Notes under the pieces: model-generated
Seen by the model: the letters and a program-made list of their open reading frames with translations, nothing else
What the model was told of the DNA's origin: nothing
The model's database searches: none
In this document: in pieces, positions 6,990 to 18,130 of the stretch
How the letters are laid out: each line of letters starts with the position of its first letter
Numbering within the stretch: position 1 is the first letter of the stretch
DNA from: Myxococcota bacterium
GTDB lineage: Bacteria > Myxococcota_A > Polyangia > Polyangiales > Sandaracinaceae
Assembly: GCA_036149055.1 (NCBI GenBank)
Contig: JAYZQJ010000030.1
Span: forward strand, 1-21,854
Direction of reading: 5' to 3'
DNA: 21,854 bases
Translations under genes and position numbers: made by a program

Positions 6990-8111
6990 ATGCACCGCGG
7001 CGTTCGCGAGCTGATCCAGTGGGTGGAGAGTCACCAGGGCGGCGAGACCGTCCAGGCCCACCGTCCCGCGCTGGCCAAGGAGGTGACGGCGCTCGAGCAC
7101 CAGCTCGGGACGCCGCTGCCCGCCGACCTCAAGCTGGTCCTCGGCGTGTTCGACGGCGCCAGCCTGCCGAACGGCACGCTGCTGTCGGCGGCTCCCGGTC
7201 CGGGCGACACCATCGAGGCGGCCTTGAAAGCGCTCGCCGAAGACGAGGACGTGAGCTTCCTCGATCCGGAGCTGCTGCTGCCGTTCCACCGGACCGAGGC
7301 CGGCAGCTACCTCGCGTTCGATCGGAGCGCGGCGCCGGTCAGCGACACCTGGCCGATCGTCGACTACGACCTCGAGACCGGCGAGCGCCGGCTCATCCAC
7401 CGCACCTTCGACGGGTGGTGTCGCCTCTGCGTCGCCGAGTGGACCGCCGAGGACTACGCCGCCCCGTTCACGATCGAGAAGTACCTGCAGCAGGGCAAGC
7501 GCCACGCGGAGATCGAGACCGACGTCTCGATCGCGCACGTGACGGTGGCCCACGCGCTCCGCCGCTGCGGCGAGCCCGAGCTGTCCCTCGAGAGCTATCT
7601 GCGGGCCGGCCGCTGCGTGCCGGCGGTGCCGTGGACCGACTGGGAGGCGCTGAAGCTCGCCGCCCTGCTCCGCTACCCGGCCGACGCGCTCGAAGCGGGC
7701 GCTCGGCTCGCCAAGCGCGCGCCCCAGTCGATGTGGGAGCTGCGCGAGACGACTCCGTCGCGGGTCGCCTACGCGCTCTCGAAGGTCTGCCCGCCGCCCG
7801 GCGAGGCGCTCGAGCCCTGGCTGCGCCTCTGCGATCAGCTGGTGGCGCAGGCGCTCGACGACGACGACCGCGCCGCCGCGGAGGCGATCCGGGAGGCCAT
7901 CCGGGCGGGCGAGCCCGCGCCGCCCCCCGACCCGCCGCAGGAGGCGGACCTCGAGCTCCACGACGACGTCGACGCGAGCTGGACGGCGATGGCCGCGGCC
8001 TACAAGGCCGGCGCGCTCCGCGAGGACGACCTGCTGCTCGACCCGCGGTTCGCCCCCGTCGCCGAGAAGCACGACCTCGCCGACGTGCTCCGCATCCGCC
8101 GGGACTTCTGA
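6990..8111 (+). CDS. SMI1/KNR4 (SUKH superfamily) domain protein with a helical C-terminal region
   Basis: N-terminal EVTALEHQLGTPLPADLKLVL...DG, then LLPF...GSYLAFD...WPIVDYD...TFDGW, matching the SMI1/KNR4 pattern. The rest is Ala/Leu-rich and helical (TPR-like). Confidence 0.75.
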   Translation: MHRGVRELIQWVESHQGGETVQAHRPALAKEVTALEHQLGTPLPADLKLVLGVFDGASLPNGTLLSAAPGPGDTIEAALKALAEDEDVSFLDPELLLPFHRTEAGSYLAFDRSAAPVSDTWPIVDYDLETGERRLIHRTFDGWCRLCVAEWTAEDYAAPFTIEKYLQQGKRHAEIETDVSIAHVTVAHALRRCGEPELSLESYLRAGRCVPAVPWTDWEALKLAALLRYPADALEAGARLAKRAPQSMWELRETTPSRVAYALSKVCPPPGEALEPWLRLCDQLVAQALDDDDRAAAEAIREAIRAGEPAPPPDPPQEADLELHDDVDASWTAMAAAYKAGALREDDLLLDPRFAPVAEKHDLADVLRIRRDF

Positions 8112-8112
8112 G

Positions 8113-9330
8113 ATGATCTCCATCGCGGAGGCGATCGACGCGGTCATGTCCCGGGTCCGGCCGACCGGGACCGAGCGGGTGCCGCTCCACGAGGCGGCGG
8201 GGCGCATCCTCGCGGCCGAGCTCGCGGTGCGCGAGGACGTGCCGGGCTTCGACAACAGCGCGATGGACGGCTACGCGGTGCGCGCGGCCGACGTCGCCTC
8301 GGTGCCGGTCGAGCTGCCGGTGCGCGGCGAGTCGCGCGCGGGCGGGCCGGCCCCGGGGGCGCTCGAGGCCGGCGCGGCGATGCGGATCTTCACCGGCGCG
8401 CCGCTGCCGCCCGGCGCGGACGCGATCGTGATCCAGGAGGACACGGATCGCGACGGCGACGCCGTGGTGATCCGCGAGTCGTCGGCGGTGGGCAAGCACG
8501 TGCGCCGCCGGGCCGAGGTCCTCGCCGAGGGCGCGCCGTTGATGGCGCCCGGCGCCCGGATCGAGGCCGGCGAGGTCGGCGTGCTCGCGAGCCAGGGCTA
8601 CGCCTTCCTGCCGGTCGCGCGCCGCCCGCGGGTCGCGATCCTCTCGACCGGCGACGAGCTGCGGGAGCTCGGCGAGGCGCCGCGGCCCGGCAGCCTCGTG
8701 GACAGCAACGCGCACGCGCTCGCCGCCGCGGTCCGGGACGCGGGCGGGCTGCCCGAGCTGCTGCCCCTCGGCGCCGACGACGCGGACACGCTGACCGCCT
8801 GCGTCCGCGACGCCGCGCGCCGCAGCGACGTCCTGCTCTCGACCGGCGGCGTCAGCGTCGGCGAGTACGACCTCGTGCACGACGCCTTCCGCACCGCGGG
8901 GGTCGAGGAGGTCTTCTGGAAGATCCGGGTGAAGCCCGGCAAGCCGGTCCGGTTCGGCGTGCGCGACGACACCCTCGTGCTCGGCCTGCCGGGCAACCCG
9001 GTGAGCGCGCTGGTGACGTTCGAGCTCTTCGTGCGCCCTGCCCTCCGCGCGATGCAGGGCGACCCGCGCCCGTTCCGCCCGAGCGGCGCGTTCCGGTTGG
9101 CCTCGCCGCTGCGCAGCCCGAGGGGGCGCGACGAGCTGGCCCGCGCGCGGCTCGACGCGGACGACCGAGCGCACCCGCACCGGACCCAGGGGAGCGCCGA
9201 CCTGACGTCGCTCGTCGGCCTGGACGTGCTGCTCCACCTCCCCGAGGGCGCGTCGTTCGAGGCGGGTGACGAGGTGCGCGGGCTCGACATGCGCAGGCGC
9301 GACGGAGCCGCCTCGCATCCGTTTGCATAG
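8113..9330 (+). CDS. moeA: Molybdopterin molybdenumtransferase MoeA (gephyrin-like)
   Basis: PGFDNSAMDGYAV, RIFTGAPLPPGADA, ILSTGDEL, STGGVSVG, KPGKP, GLPGNPVSA motifs; 405 aa. Confidence 0.95.
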   Translation: MISIAEAIDAVMSRVRPTGTERVPLHEAAGRILAAELAVREDVPGFDNSAMDGYAVRAADVASVPVELPVRGESRAGGPAPGALEAGAAMRIFTGAPLPPGADAIVIQEDTDRDGDAVVIRESSAVGKHVRRRAEVLAEGAPLMAPGARIEAGEVGVLASQGYAFLPVARRPRVAILSTGDELRELGEAPRPGSLVDSNAHALAAAVRDAGGLPELLPLGADDADTLTACVRDAARRSDVLLSTGGVSVGEYDLVHDAFRTAGVEEVFWKIRVKPGKPVRFGVRDDTLVLGLPGNPVSALVTFELFVRPALRAMQGDPRPFRPSGAFRLASPLRSPRGRDELARARLDADDRAHPHRTQGSADLTSLVGLDVLLHLPEGASFEAGDEVRGLDMRRRDGAASHPFA

Positions 9331-9342
9331 CCGGAAGGACGC

Positions 9343-9370
9343 TCGACGGGGTACCAGGCGGCGGTACACT
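9343..9370 (+). promoter_or_regulatory. Possible sigma-70-type promoter of the MoxR operon
   Basis: TCGACG-N16-TACACT in the 100-bp gap between moeA and ATG 9431; a weak consensus match only. Confidence 0.25.
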
Positions 9371-9430
9371 GGGCGAGACGATTCCCGGGAACCCTTTCGC
9401 CCCGCCGTTCGTCTACGCGCGGGACCCTGC

Positions 9431-11395
9431 ATGACGCTACCCGACGATCTGAGACGCCCTCTGAACGCCACGGCGCTACGGATCCGTCTGCAGCGGGCGC
9501 TGGACGCGGGGGCGACGCTCGCGCTGCCCGGGCTCGGGCTCGCCGGGCTGGTGGTGGCGCTCGTGAAGACGGAGGCGCTCGCGGAGGGCGCGGCCGCGCC
9601 GTGGCTCTGGGCCGCCGGCGCCCTGCCCGTCCTGGGGCTGCTCTTCGGCGCGCTGCGGCCGCTCGAGCCCTTGCTCGCGGCCAAGCTGCTCGACCGGGCG
9701 CACGGCCTGCACGACCGGGTCTCGAACGCGGTGGCGTTCTCGCGGGAGGTGGAGCGCACGCCGTTCATGGAGGCGGCGCTCGAGGACGCGCGCGCCCACG
9801 CCGGCGGGCTCTCGGCGAGCCGGGCGATGCCGCTCCGGGTCCCGCGTGATCTGCTCGCCGCGCTCGGCGTCGGCGTCGGCGTCGCGCTGCTGGCCCTGGT
9901 CGAGGTCCCGCGCGTGGTGGAGGAGCGGCTGGTGCTGAGCGGCATCGACCCGGTGCAGCTCCACGCGGACGAGCTCGACGCGTACGAGTCGGAGCTGCGT
10001 GATCTGCTGGACTCGCCCGACACCCCCGAGGAGGTCCGGGACGCGGCCCGCGAGTTCAACCGCCTGGTCGAGGACCTGGCCGACGAGCGGCTCGATCGGG
10101 CCGAGGCGCTGCGGCGGATCACCGAGCTCGAGGATCGCCTCGACCGGACCCGGCCGGCCGACGCGGAGCTGATGCGCGAGTCGCTCGAGCAGATCGGCGA
10201 CGACATGCGGCGCGCCCCGGTGGCCGAGGAGCTGAGCCAGGCGCTGCGCGACGGAGACGCCGAGCGCGCCGAGGCCGAGATGCGGCGGCTCGCCGAGCGC
10301 CTCCGGAACGAGGAGCTGAGCCGGGCCGAGATCGAGCGGCTGCGGCAGGCGCTCCAGCGGGCGGCGGACAACCGCCCCGAGGATCTCTCCGAGCAGCTGC
10401 AGCAGCGCGAGGAGGAGATGAACCGTCTCCTCCAGCGGCAGCGCGAGCAGGCCGAGCAGACGCCCCCGGAGCGACGGCTCCTGCAGCGACGACGGCGCGA
10501 GCTCGACCGCCTGCGCCGCGAGCACCAGGAGGCGATGGAGCGTCGGCGCCAGCTCGACCGGCTCCAGCGCGAGCTGCAGCAGAGCGCCGAGTCGCTGAAC
10601 CAGCGCGAGCAGCAGCAGCAGAGCGCCGAGGATCTGGAGCGCGCCGCCGAGCAGCTGAACCGCATGGCGCGCGAGCAGATGTCGGAAGAGGAGATGCGGC
10701 GCCTCCAGCAGCAGCTCGCCCAGCTCCGCGAGATGATCCGCCGCGCCCGCCAGCAGCAGGCGCAGAACGGTCAGGGGCAGCAGCAACAGCAGCGGGGCGG
10801 CGGTCAGGGCCAGGGCCGCATGGATCGCTTCGTCCTCCGCGCCAACGGCCAGGGCGAGGGCATGCGCGTCGTCGGCCCCGGCCAGCAGGGGCAGGAAGGC
10901 CAGCAGCCGGGGCAGCAGCAAGGGCAGCAGGGACAGCCCGGCGGGGGTCAGGGCCAGCAGCAGGGTGGCCAGGGCCAGAACGGCCAGGGCGAGAGCCAGG
11001 AGCAGGTGCTCCGGATCGGCGGCGACGGCGAGCCGACGGCGATGCTCGAGATCCCCGGCATGGGCGAGTCGCAGCAGGGCCAGGGTCAGGGCAGCGGTCA
11101 GCTCCGCCCGGGCGACGGCGCCGGCGTCGGCCACGATCCCACGCTCGCCGACGATCCCACCCGCATGCGCGGCGAGCACCAGACGGTGCGGGTCGAGGGG
11201 GAGCACGGCGAGGGGCCGAGCCGCAGCCAGGTGATCATGGGCTCGGCGCAGCGCGGCTTCGCCGACCGGGGTTACCGCGACGTGTACACGGACTACTCGG
11301 GGCACGCCGAGGAGGTGCTGGAGCGGGACGAGGTCCCGCCCGGCTACCGGTTCTACGTGCGCCGCTACTTCCAACTGATCCGGCCGCGCGACTGA
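9431..11395 (+). CDS. Membrane-anchored long coiled-coil protein with a Gln/Gly-rich low-complexity linker (MoxR-operon associated)
   Basis: About three N-terminal hydrophobic segments, a long E/R/Q/L coiled coil, a Q/G-rich tract, and the C-terminal motif EVPPGYRFYVRRYF. ATG 9431 is preferred because ORF-track start 9266 overlaps moeA. Confidence 0.8.
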   Translation: MTLPDDLRRPLNATALRIRLQRALDAGATLALPGLGLAGLVVALVKTEALAEGAAAPWLWAAGALPVLGLLFGALRPLEPLLAAKLLDRAHGLHDRVSNAVAFSREVERTPFMEAALEDARAHAGGLSASRAMPLRVPRDLLAALGVGVGVALLALVEVPRVVEERLVLSGIDPVQLHADELDAYESELRDLLDSPDTPEEVRDAAREFNRLVEDLADERLDRAEALRRITELEDRLDRTRPADAELMRESLEQIGDDMRRAPVAEELSQALRDGDAERAEAEMRRLAERLRNEELSRAEIERLRQALQRAADNRPEDLSEQLQQREEEMNRLLQRQREQAEQTPPERRLLQRRRRELDRLRREHQEAMERRRQLDRLQRELQQSAESLNQREQQQQSAEDLERAAEQLNRMAREQMSEEEMRRLQQQLAQLREMIRRARQQQAQNGQGQQQQQRGGGQGQGRMDRFVLRANGQGEGMRVVGPGQQGQEGQQPGQQQGQQGQPGGGQGQQQGGQGQNGQGESQEQVLRIGGDGEPTAMLEIPGMGESQQGQGQGSGQLRPGDGAGVGHDPTLADDPTRMRGEHQTVRVEGEHGEGPSRSQVIMGSAQRGFADRGYRDVYTDYSGHAEEVLERDEVPPGYRFYVRRYFQLIRPRD

Positions 11396-11414
11396 CGTCG
11401 GCCGCGGGAGCGCG

Positions 11415-12418
<1,004 letters not shown>

Positions 12419-12419
<1 letters not shown>

Positions 12420-13351
12420 TGCTCGACTGGCTCCGTCGCCGCGGTGAGGCCACGGCGAGGAAGGCGTCGAAGGACGGGGATCTCTTCGACGAGGAGTTCC
12501 AGCGGCGCCTCGAGGTGCTCGCGATCGTCTCTCGCCGCCTCGTCGCGGGGCGCACGCGCGCGGAGCGTCGCTCCAAGAAGACGGGCGCCGGCATCGAGTT
12601 CGCCGACCACCGGCAGTACACGCCGGGCGACGACTTCCGGCACCTCGACTGGAACCTCTACGCCCGCACCGGGCGGCTCCTGCTCCGCCTCTACGAGGAG
12701 GAGGAGGATCTCTCGGTCTACGTCCTGCTCGACGTCTCGCGCTCGATGGCGGTGGGCGACCCGCCCAAGCTCGACTACGCGAAGCGCCTCGCGGCCGCCC
12801 TCGGCTACATCTCGCTGGCCAACCTCGACCGGGTCAGCGTGGTCACCTTCGACAGCGGGGTCTCCGGCCGCCTCGCGCCGACCCGCGGCAAGAACCGCAT
12901 CTTCAAGGTCTTCGAGTTCCTCCGCCCGCTCACCGCCGACGGGCGCACGGGGACCGCGGACGCGATGAAGACCTTCGTCACCCAGAACAAGCGCCGGGGC
13001 GTCGCGATCCTCATCAGCGACCTCTACGACCCCGAGGGCTTCGAGGGCGGCATCAACACCCTGCGCTTCCACAAGTTCGAGCCCTACGTGATCCAGGTCT
13101 TCGACCCGGCCGAGGTCCGCCCGCCCCTCCACGGCGACGTGCGCCTGGTCGACAACGAGACGGGCGAGGTGCGCGAGGTGACGATCACCCCGCGGGTGCT
13201 CGAGCGCTACGCCGAGGCCCACGCGAAGTACCGCAAGCGCATCGCCGACTTCTGCACCCAGAAGCAGGTGCCGTACTACCCGCTCGAGACCTCGGTGCCG
13301 TTCGACGAGGCGGTGCTCGACATCCTCCGCCGCGGGGGGCTCGTGGGCTGA
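12419..13351 (+). CDS. DUF58 domain protein (vWA-like MoxR partner)
   Basis: GIEFADHRQYTPGDDFRHLDWN...YEEE signature; LLDVSRSM; ILISD. ATG at 12419 overlaps the moxR stop (TGATG). Confidence 0.92.
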
Positions 13352-13352
13352 C

Positions 13353-15233
13353 ATGGAGCTCGTCGGTCTCTCGCTCACCGAGGTGCTCACCGTGCTCGGC
13401 GGCTTCGCGGCCGCGGTCACGGTGCTCTACCTGCTCAAGCTCCGGCGCCGGCAGGTGGAGGTGCCCTTCGTGCATCTCTGGCAGGAGGTCCTCGCCGAGA
13501 AGCAGACGACCCGCCTCTTCAGCGCGCTCAAGCGGCTGCTCTCGTGGCTGCTCGCGCTCGCCGTCGTCGCGGCGGTCGCGTTCGCGATGGGCGACCCGCG
13601 CTACGCGGGGGCGAGCGACGAGGGGCAGACGACGGTGGTGCTGATCGACGCGAGCGCGTCCATGCGCGCGACCGACGTGGAGCCGAGCCGCCTCGAGGCC
13701 GGACGCGCGGAGGTCGAGCGGCTCATCGAGGGCCTCGGCCCGGACGACCGGATGATCGTCGCGCAGATGGACGCGAGCACCGTGCCCCTCACCTCGCTGA
13801 CCGGCGACCCGATGCTCCTGAGCGAGGGCCTCGCGCGGCTCGCGCCGACCGACGTCGCGGCGGATCTCTCGCGGGGGCTCCGCTTCGCGCTCGACGTGCT
13901 CCGCGACCGGCCGCGGCCCCGCCTGGTGATCGTCTCGGACGGCGTGCTCGGCGAAGGCGGAGACGCGGCCCGACGCGCGGCCGAGGCCGGCGTGGAGCTG
14001 ACCTGGAAAAAGATCGGTGAGGGCGGGCCCAACGTGGCCATCACCGCGTTCAGCGTGCGCCGCTATCCGCTCGACAAGAGCCGCTCGCAGGTCCTCGTCG
14101 AGCTGTGGAACCCGGGCGAAGAGGATCAGGGCGTGGAGCTGTCGCTGCTCGGCGACGGCGAGCCCATCGACGTGCAGCGCATCGTGGTGGCCGGCGGCGA
14201 GCGCCTCCGCCGCTTCTTCGAGAACGTCTCCGGCGCCGACCGGACGCTCGAGGCCCGGCTGACCCTCGCCGACGGGACCCGCGACGCGCAGCCCGCGGAC
14301 GACCGCGCCTACGCGCGCCTCCCCGAGCGTCGCCGGGCGCGGGTGCAGGCGGTCACGGCCGGCAACCTCTACCTCTCGGCCGCGCTGCTGCTCGACGAGT
14401 ACCTCGACGTCGTCGAGGTCTCCCCGGCCGACTACCCGGCCGAGGGCCGCTTCGACGTGACCATCTTCGACGGCTGGGTGCCGCCCTCCCCGCCGGACAC
14501 CCACGCGATCTACCTGCACCCCGTCCCCGCCGAGGGCGTGCAGGGGCCCTTCGAGGTCACCGGCGCCCTCGAGCGCCCCTACTTCGATCGCATCGAGCAC
14601 GATCACCCGCTCGTGCAGTTCACCGCCCTGCGCGACGTGAACGTGTCCGCCGGCCTCGAGGTCGAGCTGCAGGAGGGCGACCGGGTCATCGCCGGCGACG
14701 AGGGCGCGCCGCTCATCGTCACCGGCACCCGCAACGACCACCGCATCGTCGCGCTGCTCTTCGACGTGCGCCGGAGCGACCTGCCGCTGCGCGTCGCCTG
14801 GCCGCTGCTCCTCCTCAACAGCATCGACCACTTCGTGCAGGAAGACGCCGGCTACCTCTCCAGCTACGAGACCGGCGACACCTGGCACGTGCCGGCCCCC
14901 GCGGGCGTCGAGAGCGCGAGGTTGATCACGCCGCAGGGCGCCGAGTCCACCGTGCCGATCGTCGACGGTCGCGCGGTGTGCACGGGGACGCGCGCGGGCT
15001 TCTACACGCTGCGGGCCGGCGACCAGGAGGACGTCTTCGCGGCGAACCTCGGGCCGAGCGACGAGGCGATCGTCGAGCCGGCCGAGCAGCTGTCCATCGG
15101 CGGGGTGGACGCCGCGCCGCCCACCATCGGCCGCGCCGGGGTGCGCACCGAGATCTGGACGATGCTGGTGCTCGGGGTGCTCGCGGCGCTCCTGCTCGAG
15201 TGGTTCACCTATCACCGGAGGATCACGGTCTGA
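13353..15233 (+). CDS. BatA N-terminal domain plus vWA domain membrane protein
   Basis: BatA-type LYLLKLRRRQVEVPFVHLW followed by a TM segment; MIDAS DASAS...IVSDG; Ig-like region; C-terminal TM EIWTMLVLGVLAALLLEW. Confidence 0.88.
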   Translation: MELVGLSLTEVLTVLGGFAAAVTVLYLLKLRRRQVEVPFVHLWQEVLAEKQTTRLFSALKRLLSWLLALAVVAAVAFAMGDPRYAGASDEGQTTVVLIDASASMRATDVEPSRLEAGRAEVERLIEGLGPDDRMIVAQMDASTVPLTSLTGDPMLLSEGLARLAPTDVAADLSRGLRFALDVLRDRPRPRLVIVSDGVLGEGGDAARRAAEAGVELTWKKIGEGGPNVAITAFSVRRYPLDKSRSQVLVELWNPGEEDQGVELSLLGDGEPIDVQRIVVAGGERLRRFFENVSGADRTLEARLTLADGTRDAQPADDRAYARLPERRRARVQAVTAGNLYLSAALLLDEYLDVVEVSPADYPAEGRFDVTIFDGWVPPSPPDTHAIYLHPVPAEGVQGPFEVTGALERPYFDRIEHDHPLVQFTALRDVNVSAGLEVELQEGDRVIAGDEGAPLIVTGTRNDHRIVALLFDVRRSDLPLRVAWPLLLLNSIDHFVQEDAGYLSSYETGDTWHVPAPAGVESARLITPQGAESTVPIVDGRAVCTGTRAGFYTLRAGDQEDVFAANLGPSDEAIVEPAEQLSIGGVDAAPPTIGRAGVRTEIWTMLVLGVLAALLLEWFTYHRRITV

Positions 15234-17947
15234 TGTCCCGGCGCGCGCGTCTCGGCCTGGGCCTCGGCCTCTCCGTCGCCCTCGGTGCGGCGCTCGCCGC
15301 GTGGATCTTCACGTCGGTGGGCCCGGACGCGCTGACGTTCGAGCTGTCGGGGGAGCGCTACGAGCTGCTCGCGCCGCGCTGGCTGACGCTGCTCGGCGTC
15401 ACCCCGCTGCTCGTCTTCGGGCTGAGCGTCTCGCTCGCCGACCTCCCCCGGGCCCAGCGCTGGATCGGCGTGCTGGTCCGCGGCCTCGTGCTGGCGACGC
15501 TCTGCGTGGCCCTGGCGCGCCCCGCCCGCACCACCGACGCGACCCTGGTGAGCACCGTCTTCCTCGTCGACGTCAGCGAGTCGGTCACCGGCGCGAGCCT
15601 CGACCGCGCCCGGGAGCGCGTGCAGGCGGCGATGGACGCGCGCGGAGACAACGACGTGCGCCTCGTGACCTTCGCGCGCGGCGCCCGCGTCGTGCCGATC
15701 GAAGGCGAGCAGGTCCCCGAGCTCACCCGCCACGAGGGCGAGGAGGCCGGCTCGAACCTGCAGGCCGCGGTGCAGCTCGCCTACGGGCTCTTCCCGCCCG
15801 GTCACCTGCGGCGCGCGGTCGTGCTCAGCGACGGCGGACAGACCGAAGGCGACGTGCTGGCGGAGGCGAGCCGCGCGGCCGAGCTCGGGGTGCGGCTCTA
15901 CGCCGACGCCTACACCGAGGGCGCGCCGAACGAGGTCGCGGTCGTGGACCTGGTCATCCCCGAGCGCCTCAAGGTCGGCGAGCCGTTCCCGGTCCGCGCG
16001 CACGTCTTCTCAACGGCCGAGACCGAGGCCCGCGTGCGGCTCTACCAGGGCGAGACCCTGAACGGCCTCGACGGAGTCCGGGACGTCACGCTGAGCCCGG
16101 GCGAGAACGTGATCGAGATGCGCTCGGTCGTGCGCGTCGCGGGCCCGGTGACCTACGCGCTCACCGTCGAGCCGGAGGGCGACGACCGCTTCTCGGCCAA
16201 CAACCGCTTCGCGACCACCGTCGTGGTCCCGGGGCGGCCGACGGTCCTCTACGTCGAGGGCAGCCCGGGCCGCGCCACCTACCTCGCGCGCGCGCTCACC
16301 GCCGCCGAGTACGAGGTCGACGTGCGCAGCCCGCGCGCCATCCCGACCTCGCTGCGGGAGCTCGAGCGGTTCGACTTCTTCGTGCTCAGCGACGTCTCCG
16401 CCGACCAGGTCTCCTTGACCCAGCAGGACGCGATCGAGCGCTACGTGCGCGACCTCGGCGGCGGCTTCCTGATGGCCGGCGGGGAGAACGCGTTCGGGCT
16501 CGGCGGCTGGCAGGGCACGCGCATCGAGCGGCTCCTGCCGGTGCGCATGGACGCGGAGCGGCGACGCGACCAGCCCTCGCTCGCGCTCGCCCTCGTCATC
16601 GACAAGAGCGGCTCGATGAACGGGCAGAAGATGCAGCTCGCGCGCGAGGCGGCCATCGCCACCGCGGAGATGCTCGGCCCCGACGACTACATCTCGGTCG
16701 TCGGCTTCGACTCGCAGCCCACCCGGATCGTGCGCATGCAGAGCGCGCGCAACCGGATGCGCATCGTGCGCGACATCGGGCGGCTGCAGGCCCGCGGCGG
16801 CACCGCCATCTTCCCCGCGCTCGACATGGCCTACCAGGATCTCGTGGTCACGCGCGCGCGCATCAAGCACGTGATCTTGCTGACCGACGGGAACACCCAG
16901 GAGCAGGGCATCCCGGACCTCGCGCAGGTCATGCGCTCCGAGGGGATCACGGTCAGCACGGTCGGCCTCGGCGGCGACGTGCACCGCGCGCTGCTGCAGC
17001 AGGTGGCGACGCTCGGGGGCGGCCGCAGCTACTTCACCGCCGACCCGCACAACATCCCGCGCATCTTCATGCGCGAGACGAGCACCGTCGCGCGGAGCAA
17101 CATCGTCGAGGAGTACTTCCAGCCCGCGGTGAGCGAGCCGGCGGACTTCCTGCGCGGCCTCGACCTGCGCAGCGCGCCGTATCTCCACGGCTACGTCGCG
17201 ACCCGCGCGAAGCCGAGCCCCGCGCAGGTGATCCTCACGAGCGACCTCGGCGAGCCCATCCTCGCGCGCTGGCGCGTCGGCCTCGGCTGGTCGATGGCGT
17301 GGACGAGCGACGTCAAGAACCGTTGGTCGGTGGAGTGGCTCCGCTGGCCCGGCTACTCGCGCTTCTGGGCGCAGCTCGTGCGCGAGCACATGCGCCAGCG
17401 ACGACGCCAGACGCTCGACATGACCGCCGACGTTCGCGACGGCGAGGTGCGCGTGGTGGTCGACGCCATCGGCCAGGGCGACGACTTCCTCAACGGGCTC
17501 GACAGCACCGTGCACGTCGAGGGCCCGATGGGCGCCCCGCGCGCGGAGCGCGTCGACGCGGACCACCCGCTGCGCCAGACCGCGCCCGGACGCTACGAGG
17601 CGCGCTTCCCGCTCGAGCGCTTCGGCTCGTTCGTCCTCACCGCCGAGCACCGCCGCGACGAGCGACCGGTCGCGGAGAGTACGGCCCAGCTGACCAATCC
17701 CTACCCGCGCGAGTACCTCACGCTCGAGCCCGACGTCTCGCTGCTCACGCGCGCCGCCGAGCTGACCGGGGGCGCGTTCGAGCCGAGCGTGCAGGACCTC
17801 TTCGATCCGCAGGGCGAGCACATCCGACATCACGAAGAGCTCTGGCCGAAGGTGCTCTTCTTTGCGTTGTTGCTCTTCGTCCTGGACCTATTGCTCCGGC
17901 GCGTCCGCCTGTTCGATCGAAAGTTCCGTGCGCCGCGCGCGGCGTGA
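15233..17947 (+). CDS. Large membrane protein with two vWA domains and a glutamine-amidotransferase-like domain
   Basis: ATG at 15233 overlaps the previous stop (TGATG). N-terminal TMs; MIDAS motifs DVSES and DKSGS; GATase-like GGGFLMAGGENAFGLGGW...LLPV and PILARWRVGLG...W...W; C-terminal TM. About 904 aa; the ORF-track extension from 14105 is spurious. Confidence 0.9.
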   Translation: MSRRARLGLGLGLSVALGAALAAWIFTSVGPDALTFELSGERYELLAPRWLTLLGVTPLLVFGLSVSLADLPRAQRWIGVLVRGLVLATLCVALARPARTTDATLVSTVFLVDVSESVTGASLDRARERVQAAMDARGDNDVRLVTFARGARVVPIEGEQVPELTRHEGEEAGSNLQAAVQLAYGLFPPGHLRRAVVLSDGGQTEGDVLAEASRAAELGVRLYADAYTEGAPNEVAVVDLVIPERLKVGEPFPVRAHVFSTAETEARVRLYQGETLNGLDGVRDVTLSPGENVIEMRSVVRVAGPVTYALTVEPEGDDRFSANNRFATTVVVPGRPTVLYVEGSPGRATYLARALTAAEYEVDVRSPRAIPTSLRELERFDFFVLSDVSADQVSLTQQDAIERYVRDLGGGFLMAGGENAFGLGGWQGTRIERLLPVRMDAERRRDQPSLALALVIDKSGSMNGQKMQLAREAAIATAEMLGPDDYISVVGFDSQPTRIVRMQSARNRMRIVRDIGRLQARGGTAIFPALDMAYQDLVVTRARIKHVILLTDGNTQEQGIPDLAQVMRSEGITVSTVGLGGDVHRALLQQVATLGGGRSYFTADPHNIPRIFMRETSTVARSNIVEEYFQPAVSEPADFLRGLDLRSAPYLHGYVATRAKPSPAQVILTSDLGEPILARWRVGLGWSMAWTSDVKNRWSVEWLRWPGYSRFWAQLVREHMRQRRRQTLDMTADVRDGEVRVVVDAIGQGDDFLNGLDSTVHVEGPMGAPRAERVDADHPLRQTAPGRYEARFPLERFGSFVLTAEHRRDERPVAESTAQLTNPYPREYLTLEPDVSLLTRAAELTGGAFEPSVQDLFDPQGEHIRHHEELWPKVLFFALLLFVLDLLLRRVRLFDRKFRAPRAA

Positions 17948-17971
17948 CCCGCCGACGCGGTCGCGCGTTGC

Positions 17972-17999
17972 TTGACTGCGAAAGGCCGCGCTCTAAATT
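17972..17999 (+). promoter_or_regulatory. Putative sigma-70 promoter of dksA
   Basis: TTGACT(17972-17977)-N16-TAAATT(17994-17999); AT-rich relative to the genome; 139 bp upstream of ATG 18139. Confidence 0.5.
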
Positions 18000-18098
18000 C
18001 GTCCGCTCGACGGACGTTGGAGCCGTCACGGACCGAGACCTCGACGTTCGATTTCTCGTGCCCACCTACCCCCCTGATCCCTTACCCTGATCTCCGGC

Positions 18099-18130
18099 GC
18101 ACTCCTCACCTCGGCACTCCTCACCTCGGC
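18099..18130. repeat. Perfect 15-bp tandem duplication in the dksA leader
   Basis: GCACTCCTCACCTCG twice (18099-18113, 18114-18128), followed by GC. Confidence 0.85.

Noticed and set aside
4694..8116. 1140-aa plus-strand ORF, and similar long ORFs at 96-1862, 7468-10665, 9476-11497, 13185-15215, 15301-18090 and 16010-17833
   Set aside because: These are antisense or off-frame shadows of well-supported genes, expected at this GC content, with no recognisable motifs.
14105..15232. N-terminal extension making a 1280-aa vWA protein
   Set aside because: The extension is an Arg-rich off-frame reading of the BatA-vWA gene; the TGATG-coupled ATG at 15233 is the credible start. The same logic applies to ORF-track starts 12227, 9266 and 18577.
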